Shown: piece by piece, positions 39,189 to 46,859 of the stretch
Position numbering within the stretch: position 1 is the stretch's first letter
Layout: each line of letters starts with the position of its first letter
Source: an uncultured virus (IMG/VR IMGVR_UViG_3300029787_005093)
Taxonomy: Duplodnaviria; Heunggongvirae; Uroviricota; Caudoviricetes
Direction: 5' to 3' (one strand)
DNA: 59,152 bases
IMG/VR virus record: IMGVR_UViG_3300029787_005093
Made by a program: the position numbers and the translations under genes
The notes under the pieces: model-generated
What the model was told of the DNA's origin: nothing
What the model saw: only the letters and a program-made list of their open reading frames with translations
Databases searched by the model: none

Positions 39189-39915
39189 GTTGTATAAGGG
39201 TTAATCCTGTTGTAGAAGGTTTAGATGGATAAAGTCCTTCATTAAATAAATTAAATGTTTTCCACTTCTTTTTATCTAAAGTTTTAATAAACTTAGAAGG
39301 TCCATCTGCAAAACTATCATGATGTTGTTGATCTTTTATATCTTTAGATACAATATAATGATCTTGATATGATATATCTGTATCGTGTATAGAAATAATA
39401 CCATGCTTTGGTACTAACTTAGAATATAAATTAAAATCTAGTTTTACTCCTTCAAGAGAATGATCTGCGTCAATATGCAAGTAGTCTATTTTTATATCTT
39501 CTTTAACAAAATGGTCATAATATGCTTTTTCTGTAGTTTCGTTTATAATTCTAGGATGAAAATGTTTTCTAAGAAAAGAATCTTTTTTTAACCAGTTTAC
39601 TTTACCTCCTACACCATTAGCTGCATCAACTATATACGTAGCTCCTATATCACCCCAGTTTTTATCATTATCTCCTTCAAATATTTCTTGATCATGTAGT
39701 TCTGCTCTTGCTGCTGTCATTATTCTAGGAATAAACCCTCCTCCACTGCCTAAACACACACATACTTTAGCTCTTTTAAGTTGTATAAGAGAATATATTA
39801 CTAAACCATCACCTAAATGAAAGTCAGTAGCACCATGAGTCCATCGGTAAGGTACTTTTTTACCTAAATCACTGGTAATATAATCTCTAATGTATTCTTT
39901 ATTTAAAATACTCAT
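39181..39915 (-). CDS. Class I SAM methyltransferase (Methyltransf_24-like)
   Basis: CLGSGGG, IDYLHIDADHSLEGVKLD...GIISIHD. Confidence 0.8.
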   Translation of the reverse strand: MSILNKEYIRDYITSDLGKKVPYRWTHGATDFHLGDGLVIYSLIQLKRAKVCVCLGSGGGFIPRIMTAARAELHDQEIFEGDNDKNWGDIGATYIVDAANGVGGKVNWLKKDSFLRKHFHPRIINETTEKAYYDHFVKEDIKIDYLHIDADHSLEGVKLDFNLYSKLVPKHGIISIHDTDISYQDHYIVSKDIKDQQHHDSFADGPSKFIKTLDKKKWKTFNLFNEGLYPSKPSTTGLTLIQHV

Positions 39916-40765
39916 TTATATTTTTTGAAATATTATCAAAGATATGATTTTTTACGCTATTATCCAACTGTTCAGTTTCTTTTATTAAACTAAATCCACC
40001 TTCGTTATTTAAAATTTTAGGTTTATCCATCCAGTAATGTCTGAACCATAATCTTTGTTCTTTTCTATTTATTAATCCTTTTTCTGTAGGTAAAAAATAT
40101 CTTTCTTTACAATGCCATATTTCATTTACTAGTGTATCATACTTTTGATTATGTAAATCTAATAAATGTTTTAATAAAAGTTGTTCAGCATAAACTAAGT
40201 AATTAGAATTAGGTACTTTTAATTCAGTAAGCTCTTTCATTAATTGAACGCTAGTAGATGCATAAGCATTAGTAAATTTAAAATTAGGAAAATATAAAAA
40301 ACTACAATTTATAGATTTATGATTAGGTCTATTTAATATATGACTAGTTCTTCTAACATAAGGATCTAAAGGATCTGGATAGTAGTCTTGACCGTTTTCA
40401 TCATGGGCTACAATAACATTATCTTTGAGTAAATGTTCAAAACTTTTATATACTACAAAATCGTTATCTAATATAACAGTAGGTGATTTTATTCCCTGTA
40501 ATACTTCTACTTTAGCACTAGCCCAAAAAATATTTTTATCAATACCTTCTGACGGAGCTATTACTTTTATATCATCCCATGCTTCTAATAGTTGTATTTT
40601 ATTAAATATATCATAGGTAAGTTTATCACAATATAAAACTGTACGTGTATTAGGATTATGTTTCTTCCATTGACTGACAGAAGTTAAAATAAGTTTTGTA
40701 TCGAAAGGGTTATAAAAATTTGTACTTTTACGTATATTTTCTAATACCCATATAACATTTACCAT
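39899..40765 (-). CDS. GT-A-like nucleotide-sugar transferase
   Basis: LYCD, FWASAK, VILDND (DxD), INCS, AEQ. Confidence 0.55.
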   Translation of the reverse strand: MVNVIWVLENIRKSTNFYNPFDTKLILTSVSQWKKHNPNTRTVLYCDKLTYDIFNKIQLLEAWDDIKVIAPSEGIDKNIFWASAKVEVLQGIKSPTVILDNDFVVYKSFEHLLKDNVIVAHDENGQDYYPDPLDPYVRRTSHILNRPNHKSINCSFLYFPNFKFTNAYASTSVQLMKELTELKVPNSNYLVYAEQLLLKHLLDLHNQKYDTLVNEIWHCKERYFLPTEKGLINRKEQRLWFRHYWMDKPKILNNEGGFSLIKETEQLDNSVKNHIFDNISKNINEYFK

Positions 40766-40782
40766 TAACCTTTAATTTATTT

Positions 40783-41253
40783 TTACGAATCAGTAGACCA
40801 ACAATAAAAGTTAGTTACACTTGTATGATCAGTAGCAGTTAAATTTAAAGTAGCATCAGTTGATATAGTTGTACTTCCTGCGGAATCAGATGTCCATTTT
40901 TGAAATACCTTAGGATATGTAGCTGTTGCTACTAATCTAACTGTTGCATTATCGTTATAACTGCAGTTTTTTATTACTTGTGTACTACTTTGACCTATCG
41001 AATCTCCTGTATACGGTAAAGTTACTTGAGCACTTATATTTGTTTTAGTATGAACATTACCGTAAAATATTTTATTATTATATAATTGCTCTGATATTTT
41101 TATATTACTACCTCCTGTAGCAGGAAACATATCATCCCCCCAAGAAGAAGATGAACCAGATACAGATATATTATCATTGCCATCTATTTCATTAGCCCAG
41201 TTGTCTGTGCTACTAAAAGAAATATTTGTAGTATTATATTCGTAAACTGCCAT
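40783..41253 (-). CDS. Probable small virion/fibre-associated protein
   Basis: Ser/Thr/Asn-rich beta protein; C-terminal LVATATYPKVFQKW resembles a divergent InlB B-repeat-type domain. Confidence 0.5.
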   Translation of the reverse strand: MAVYEYNTTNISFSSTDNWANEIDGNDNISVSGSSSSWGDDMFPATGGSNIKISEQLYNNKIFYGNVHTKTNISAQVTLPYTGDSIGQSSTQVIKNCSYNDNATVRLVATATYPKVFQKWTSDSAGSTTISTDATLNLTATDHTSVTNFYCWSTDS

Positions 41254-41254
41254 A

Positions 41255-41770
41255 TTAATCTACTATTATTTCGTTATTGGGAAAAAGTTCCTCTAATTCT
41301 TCTCTTATCTTGCTATATGCTAATCCGAAAATATCTTTTTGAATCATTGCAAAATTATCAACATCAACTAATTCTTCTTTTTCGTCGACTTTTACCATTT
41401 TTTCACTTTTTACTTCTTCGTAAGCTGTAATTTCATTTCCTGTCTCTGGATCAAAACTAACATAAGGTACTTTTTCTATTACCAGTTGTTTCTCCCACAC
41501 AGGAACTACTTTATTTACCTTTTGAGATAAATTAAATTTAAATGATAAAGGTATGTTAATTTGTTCTCCATTTGATGATCTATTAGTATAAAAAATAGCA
41601 TCTCCAGGTACGTTTTGTTTTAATGCTACATCTGCTTTTGTTGCATATAACGCAGTAGAAACTATCATTCTATTAGCTTCTCTTTGAACAGTTATTTGAT
41701 CAATTCTCATATAAGGTTTAGTACTCGGTCCTCTATGCGTATCAATATCTATGTTAAGTAATAACCCCAT
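41255..41770 (-). CDS. Hypothetical protein, possibly a fibre assembly factor
   Basis: 171-aa ORF following the S74 gene; function by position only. Confidence 0.5.
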   Translation of the reverse strand: MGLLLNIDIDTHRGPSTKPYMRIDQITVQREANRMIVSTALYATKADVALKQNVPGDAIFYTNRSSNGEQINIPLSFKFNLSQKVNKVVPVWEKQLVIEKVPYVSFDPETGNEITAYEEVKSEKMVKVDEKEELVDVDNFAMIQKDIFGLAYSKIREELEELFPNNEIIVD

Positions 41771-41774
41771 AACC

Positions 41775-42203
41775 TTATTGTTTTTCTTCTAATTTTTCTA
41801 TTCTCTCTTTTAGTTCTTTATTAGCTTCAATTAATAAAGCAACTATTTTTTCATACTGGACTGCTTTATATCCATTATCTCTAGTAATAACTACTTCAGG
41901 TAGTATTTCTTCAACTTCTTGTGCTATTACACCAATATCATGTCCTTCGTTAATATGTATGCCTTCGGTTGGTATCCAATCAAAAGAATAGCCTCCAAGT
42001 TTAGAAATTTTTTCTAATGGGCTTTCTATAGGTTGAATGTTATCTTTTAATCTACGGTCAGATGAGTAATATGCCGTAATATCTCCTGCTACTCTTAAGT
42101 AACCGGTAAGGTTCCCATTGGAACCGGTAATCTCCCCTGCAACGTTTAGGCTAGCTAAATGTGCAGCTGAACCCGATACTATGACTTTTTTCCAATTCGG
42201 CAT
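41775..42203 (-). CDS. Short fibre-like protein with peptidase S74 intramolecular chaperone
   Basis: SSDRRLKDNI cleavage motif, GVIAQEVE, YKAVQYEKIVALLIEANKEL coiled coil. Confidence 0.9.
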   Translation of the reverse strand: MPNWKKVIVSGSAAHLASLNVAGEITGSNGNLTGYLRVAGDITAYYSSDRRLKDNIQPIESPLEKISKLGGYSFDWIPTEGIHINEGHDIGVIAQEVEEILPEVVITRDNGYKAVQYEKIVALLIEANKELKERIEKLEEKQ

Positions 42204-42210
42204 CTAATTA

Positions 42211-42261
42211 ATATTATGGTTGGTTACTCACAAGAGCCCACTTCCGTTAGGCCAATAATAT
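42211..42261 (-). ncRNA. Candidate structured cis-regulatory RNA in the 5' leader
   Basis: Minus strand AUAUUAUUGG-CCuaacGG-AAGUGGG-CUCuuguGAG-UAACCAACCAUAAUAU; GC-enriched relative to its surroundings. Confidence 0.45.
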
Positions 42262-42282
42262 ATTTAATATATAATATTTTCT

Positions 42283-42290
42283 TATAAATA
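42283..42290 (-). promoter_or_regulatory. Late promoter-like motif TATTTATA
   Basis: Last intergenic copy before the S74 gene and the glycan block. Confidence 0.7.
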
Positions 42291-42323
42291 GCAACAAATA
42301 TAAAAGAAAAGCTGTATTAAGTA

Positions 42324-43142
42324 TTAAGAATAAATGTAAATATCCCCTGTATCCGTCTCTACATGAATAGCTCCATACCCATTAGTAGCTCCACCGTAAG
42401 TAGGTGCAGTACTGGGTACTGAAGTAGAATAGTTTACTAATCCTAAGTATGAGTCAGGTACTATGTTTGTAGCGTTTATTGCAAGATCATTGTCTAATCC
42501 CCATCTAGAAGTACCAGTATCGTAACCTAAAGCAAAACCAGCACCATCTGCTTGTTTACTAATAATTAAACCTCCATCAGTAGCAGATGTAGAACCTGAG
42601 GCAAATACTGCAAACTTGTCTTCTATAGTTAAATTAGTAGTATCTATAGTAGTTGTAGTACCTTGAACGGTTAAGTTACCTCCTGCGGTTAAATCAGATG
42701 AAACTATTAATGAACCTGTAATTTGAGTATCATTAGTAGTAGCAACAAAAGAACCAGTAGTTGCAAATATATTAGGATCTGTCTCAGTTCCTGTTACATC
42801 CCCTGCAGATGATGAAGCTTGTGCTACTGTTGTTATTTTAGTACCAGCATTATTTACAATGTCAATAGAACTAGTAGTAATTTGAATATTACCAACTTGT
42901 ATACCTTCTTTAACACCTTTTACTGTTGCTTGAACTACGCCTCCTTTTACAAATTTTAATGAACCTGTGGTTAAATATAGGTCTTTAAAAGGTAAAGTAG
43001 TACTACCAATATCATGTAGTTCAGCTACAGCAGGTAATAAATCTCCATCAAGATTTACTGATCCACTTATATTTAAAGATCCAGTTAATAACCCGTAGGT
43101 TTTAAGGTCTGCTGAGAGTTGATTCCATTCGATTAATGCCAT
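42324..43142 (-). CDS. Fibre/collar-like virion protein
   Basis: Thr/Gly/Ser-rich beta repeats (LTGSLNISGS, GNLTVQGTTTTIDTTNLTIEDK). Confidence 0.6.
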   Translation of the reverse strand: MALIEWNQLSADLKTYGLLTGSLNISGSVNLDGDLLPAVAELHDIGSTTLPFKDLYLTTGSLKFVKGGVVQATVKGVKEGIQVGNIQITTSSIDIVNNAGTKITTVAQASSSAGDVTGTETDPNIFATTGSFVATTNDTQITGSLIVSSDLTAGGNLTVQGTTTTIDTTNLTIEDKFAVFASGSTSATDGGLIISKQADGAGFALGYDTGTSRWGLDNDLAINATNIVPDSYLGLVNYSTSVPSTAPTYGGATNGYGAIHVETDTGDIYIYS

Positions 43143-43148
43143 AATTTT

Positions 43149-43616
43149 CTAACTAAATTTTCCTACTAAAACTACTTCGTCGTCATTATTTAATAAATAT
43201 CCCATACTATTGGTCACAAATACAACATTGATATTACTACCGCTCTGTGATACTGTTCTTTGAGAATTAGGAATATACGTGTTATTAATAAATAGTGAAA
43301 ATGCTTCTTGTCCGAGAGTAAATCCTGAAGGAGGAGTTGCAATTGTTTTTCCATTAAATATAGCAGTAGTCGTTCCACTAATACTACTAGCGGTAGCAGT
43401 TGTATTTAAACTAAGGTATGCTATTTGAGCTGCTGTCATACTTACTGAATCTGCGTCTATTTTAATTTTTGTAACAGGTTGATCAAAAAATCTCGCTGTT
43501 GTATTTCTTACTTCATTAGAGGATTTAATTTTTGCTGCTGCAGATCCTCTTTCTGTTGTGGGTTTTACCCCAAATGGTCCTTTTGCAAAGACACTTTTCC
43601 TATTCACTAATGCCAT
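43149..43616 (-). CDS. Virion protein whose C-terminal ~106 aa duplicate the C-terminus of the upstream gene
   Basis: Shared DSVSMTAAQIAY...GKTIATPPSGFTLGQE...INNTYIPNSQRTVSQ...DDEVV..GKFS. Confidence 0.75.
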   Translation of the reverse strand: MALVNRKSVFAKGPFGVKPTTERGSAAAKIKSSNEVRNTTARFFDQPVTKIKIDADSVSMTAAQIAYLSLNTTATASSISGTTTAIFNGKTIATPPSGFTLGQEAFSLFINNTYIPNSQRTVSQSGSNINVVFVTNSMGYLLNNDDEVVLVGKFS

Positions 43617-43943
43617 ATCTTCTAACTAAACTTACCAGTTACTACAACTTCATCATCACTATTAAGAGTATATCCCATATCGTTAGTAGTAAATACTATA
43701 TTAATATTTGAACTTACTTGAGACACTGTTCTTTGTGAATTAGGTATGTATGTGTTATTTATATAAACTGCAAATCCTTCTTGCCCTAATGTAAAACCTG
43801 AAGGTGGTGTTGCAATAGTTTTTCCGTTAAATACTGCTGTATTGGTTCCACTTATACTGTTAGCTACTGCTGTAGTATTTAATGAAACATACGCTATCTG
43901 TGCTGCTGTCATACTTACTGAATCTGAATCTAATTTAATTTTT
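43149..43943. repeat. Diverged direct duplication (~320 bp; ~43149-43470 and ~43622-43943)
   Basis: About 20 substitutions in ~106 aa by manual alignment, no gaps. Confidence 0.85.
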
Positions 43944-44845
43944 ACTCCTGGTTCATCATGAAATGATGTTGATGCTCGTTTAGTATCGGTAGCTGCTGCT
44001 GTTAATGCTGCATTTGCAGTTACTGTTTCCATCCCAAAAACAACAGCAGATTTAGAATAAAACTTTCTGTTACCTTGAAGTTGAGCATTTATTGAATCAG
44101 GTATTATATAGCCATTCATAGTTATACTAAATGTAGTTCTAGTTACTCTATCGGTACCTTGTGCTACATCAGTTTCAGTATCATAACTATCAATACTTGA
44201 TCTAAATTTAAACTTATTAGGGTCTCCCCAATAACTATCTGAGGCATAATTTATACCTTCAATTATTTTATTATTCTGTTCTATATAGTCAGTGAATATG
44301 ATACATGAATAGGTTAATGTAACATAATCAGGTATGACTACTCCTTGATATTCTCTTTGTTCTTTTCTATTATTAAGTATACTAAACCTATCATAGAAGT
44401 TTTTCCTTGAATATTTTTTTTCAAATATTACTAAGTTTTGAGGGGAATCAGCATCAACTTTATTACCTAAAGATCTATTTTTTTCTAATCCCGTTCTTTT
44501 ATACATTATAAGAGGTGCTTGTACTTTACCGTTTTTATCTCTATAATACCCGTCTTTCTGTACTGCTTTCCATCTTTCTTGATTACCGTATATGATTGGT
44601 ACTTTTTTCTTTTTACCGTTCTGTAACACTGTTGGTCTTATAACATTATTAAAATAATAATGAATAGATTCATCTATATCTTTTATACCAACTGAGAAGT
44701 CTTGATGAGAATCACCTTTTACAGTCTTTTGATTTATTCTCTTTTTTAAATTTTCATTAGGTATTCTATCTTGCACTAATGGTTCAACAGTTTCTTCAAA
44801 ACGTTGTGCAGGTGTCTTACTTAATTGTTTACTTCTTTCAGCCAT
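43622..44845 (-). CDS. Tail terminator / sheath stabiliser (gp15-like) with C-terminal extension
   Basis: VPIIYGNQERW...PLIMYKRT...PDYVTLTY...FSITMNGYIIP; follows neck genes. Confidence 0.65.
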   Translation of the reverse strand: MAERSKQLSKTPAQRFEETVEPLVQDRIPNENLKKRINQKTVKGDSHQDFSVGIKDIDESIHYYFNNVIRPTVLQNGKKKKVPIIYGNQERWKAVQKDGYYRDKNGKVQAPLIMYKRTGLEKNRSLGNKVDADSPQNLVIFEKKYSRKNFYDRFSILNNRKEQREYQGVVIPDYVTLTYSCIIFTDYIEQNNKIIEGINYASDSYWGDPNKFKFRSSIDSYDTETDVAQGTDRVTRTTFSITMNGYIIPDSINAQLQGNRKFYSKSAVVFGMETVTANAALTAAATDTKRASTSFHDEPGVKIKLDSDSVSMTAAQIAYVSLNTTAVANSISGTNTAVFNGKTIATPPSGFTLGQEGFAVYINNTYIPNSQRTVSQVSSNINIVFTTNDMGYTLNSDDEVVVTGKFS

Positions 44846-44847
44846 TA

Positions 44848-45333
44848 TTAAATATTTTCAGTTAATCCTACTCTATCAGCTCTAGTTAAGTGACAGTCTA
44901 CTATTATTGAAACTGATTCACCTTTATCACTACCATAATCACCTAGGTTATATGCTTCATCTCTACCTACAAATAATTGATTTTCTCTTACTGTATCAAC
45001 TTCGTAGTAATCTTCATGCCAAAATACTATATCTCCTACTTCAGGAACAACTGATGTAAGTTCTAAATCTTTACGCAAAAATGCAAATGAATTTTCTCTA
45101 TTCATATCAGGACCTAAATCATCAACTGTTATTACCTGATCGCCCCTAGTGATAAGACAATTAAGTTTTACTGGTGATAGCCATGATTTTTCTAAAGCTT
45201 CTCCGTATATATTTGTACTAACGTCTTCTAAAGATATTTTATAATATAGTATTTCTTGTTCAACTATATCACTAAGCAATTCTCTATTTATCTTAGTTAG
45301 TAAATTAAAATCTCTTGTAGTTCCAAATAACAT
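44848..45333 (-). CDS. Neck / head-closure protein (gp14-like)
   Basis: NIYGEA, PEVGDIV...YYEVD; position. Confidence 0.65.
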   Translation of the reverse strand: MLFGTTRDFNLLTKINRELLSDIVEQEILYYKISLEDVSTNIYGEALEKSWLSPVKLNCLITRGDQVITVDDLGPDMNRENSFAFLRKDLELTSVVPEVGDIVFWHEDYYEVDTVRENQLFVGRDEAYNLGDYGSDKGESVSIIVDCHLTRADRVGLTENI

Positions 45334-45635
45334 TACTTCTCTTCTATTGTTTCTATTCCTATTTCAACTTGGTTAATAAAACTATATTTACTTTCAGCAT
45401 TACTTTTAAATGCATTATAAGCTTCTTCAGGTGATTTTTGAGATATTATTTTTACTTTAAAAGTAGAGCTTTTAGCTTCTGCATTAGCTCCTGCATTAGT
45501 AACCGTTAAAACTCCAGGGAGTGCTCTTAATACATCCCCAAGTTTATTAGCTTCTACTTCTCCGTAGATTACTTTTACCATGGCCTCGTATGTTTTAAAC
45601 TCGACCTCCGTCAATATTTGACTTAATTTTATCAT
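45333..45635 (-). CDS. Small protein with N-terminal MIKLSQILTE leader
   Basis: 100-aa ORF coupled on both sides; ferredoxin-like alpha/beta pattern. Confidence 0.55.
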   Translation of the reverse strand: MIKLSQILTEVEFKTYEAMVKVIYGEVEANKLGDVLRALPGVLTVTNAGANAEAKSSTFKVKIISQKSPEEAYNAFKSNAESKYSFINQVEIGIETIEEK

Positions 45636-46777
45636 TATCCTACGTATATTTTCATTGGTACAGACTTTAATGTATTCTGTACATCTTCGGCTTCTTTTGC
45701 TTGAGCTTCTAATTGAGCTCCTCTAGTGGTCTGTTCCAGCATTTCACTTAATTCAGTTAATAATGATTCTTTTTCTGTTCTAGCATCTGCTAATAAGTCA
45801 CCTTGATTTAAAGTTGTTTCTGCTCCAGGTATTGGAACTGTTGTATATTTTCCTCTTATATAAGCTAATATTTCTTTAGCTAATGCTAAAGTATATCTAA
45901 ATATCCACTGTCTTCCTACAGAATTTATATGATCATAAGTAATATTTTCATATGGTACTTCTCCTACATTAGTAATAAGAGTCTTATCAGTATTCGTACT
46001 TATTGCTGCTTTATCTGTTTGTTTATAATATTCAAAATGTAGACTCCCTGATGCTATTGGAGCAGGAAATAATTTTAATCTATTATTTACAAGTTCAAAA
46101 GAGTAATGAGATTTTCTTATTTGATCATTAAACTCTATTCCTTGAAGTAATGATATGTCGTAAGATACAGGCATTAGCATAAAATTGATTCCCGGACTAA
46201 ATGATCCAAAACCAAATACATCCATCATAGACTGTATACCTGTTCCTGTTCCTACATAAGGATCAAAGTATCTCATAATAGCAGGTGGTGCTTCATAGAA
46301 TACTTTTCTTATCTCTATACCGCCTGTTATACCAGCATCTGTTGCCCATAGGTCCATATCATATTCTTGCTTACTGCCTGATATTTCTATAGAGCCTGAA
46401 TATTTTCTTACGTTACCTCCTACTTCAGCTTCTGTGCCGTAATGTTGAGATATTTGTATTATACGATTTAAACTAGGATCTACTAGTTGATTATTAACTG
46501 CACTACCTGTAGAAGAACCTTCTAGGTTTAGATAGTTTTCTCTAATTTTATAATTAAATACTTCAGTACCGTAGGTAGTAATAGCTTCTTCAAAACAAGC
46601 ATATATTGATCCTGATGTTAGTTCTACATCCATTAAAGGATATCCTAACCTAGTTGTACAAAAAGTCGCAACCTTATCAGCATCTGTTTGAAATGAACTA
46701 TCTGAGTCATAGAAGCCAAAAGGTGTAGCTCCGGTAGCGAAAGTTGAAGAGCCTGCCCATATTGCTATATCTGCCAT
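45635..46777 (-). CDS. Neck / head-tail adaptor (gp13-like)
   Basis: RLGYPLMDVEL, WIFRYTLALAKEIL..IRGKY..VPIPG...LN; directly after the MCP gene. Confidence 0.75.
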   Translation of the reverse strand: MADIAIWAGSSTFATGATPFGFYDSDSSFQTDADKVATFCTTRLGYPLMDVELTSGSIYACFEEAITTYGTEVFNYKIRENYLNLEGSSTGSAVNNQLVDPSLNRIIQISQHYGTEAEVGGNVRKYSGSIEISGSKQEYDMDLWATDAGITGGIEIRKVFYEAPPAIMRYFDPYVGTGTGIQSMMDVFGFGSFSPGINFMLMPVSYDISLLQGIEFNDQIRKSHYSFELVNNRLKLFPAPIASGSLHFEYYKQTDKAAISTNTDKTLITNVGEVPYENITYDHINSVGRQWIFRYTLALAKEILAYIRGKYTTVPIPGAETTLNQGDLLADARTEKESLLTELSEMLEQTTRGAQLEAQAKEAEDVQNTLKSVPMKIYVG

Positions 46778-46793
46778 TTGTAATACGTTTATT

Positions 46794-46801
46794 TATAAAT
46801 A
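46794..46801 (-). promoter_or_regulatory. Late promoter-like motif TATTTATA
   Basis: Immediately after the MCP terminator, before the neck gene. Confidence 0.75.
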
Positions 46802-46804
46802 GTC

Positions 46805-46832
46805 AAAAAAAAAGAGGGCACAAGGCCCTCTT
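46805..46832 (-). terminator. Rho-independent terminator after the major capsid gene
   Basis: Minus strand AAGAGGGC-cttgt-GCCCTCTT followed by T7. Confidence 0.9.
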
Positions 46833-46859
46833 CTTAATTTATTCTATAAGTAAATTATC

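Noticed and set aside
8864..40765. Bacterial capsule/O-antigen locus (host DNA or prophage boundary)
   Set aside because: Continuous co-orientation and gene coupling with phage structural genes on both sides; no export, polymerase or integrase genes seen. Misassembly cannot be fully excluded without reads.
8864..40765. DNA hypermodification cluster
   Set aside because: No recognisable thymidylate-synthase/hydroxymethylase, queuosine-pathway or DNA polymerase genes, and the context is late structural. Disfavoured, not disproved.
43149..43943. Diversity-generating retroelement TR/VR pair
   Set aside because: Both copies are coding, differences are not adenine-specific, and no reverse transcriptase is in the window
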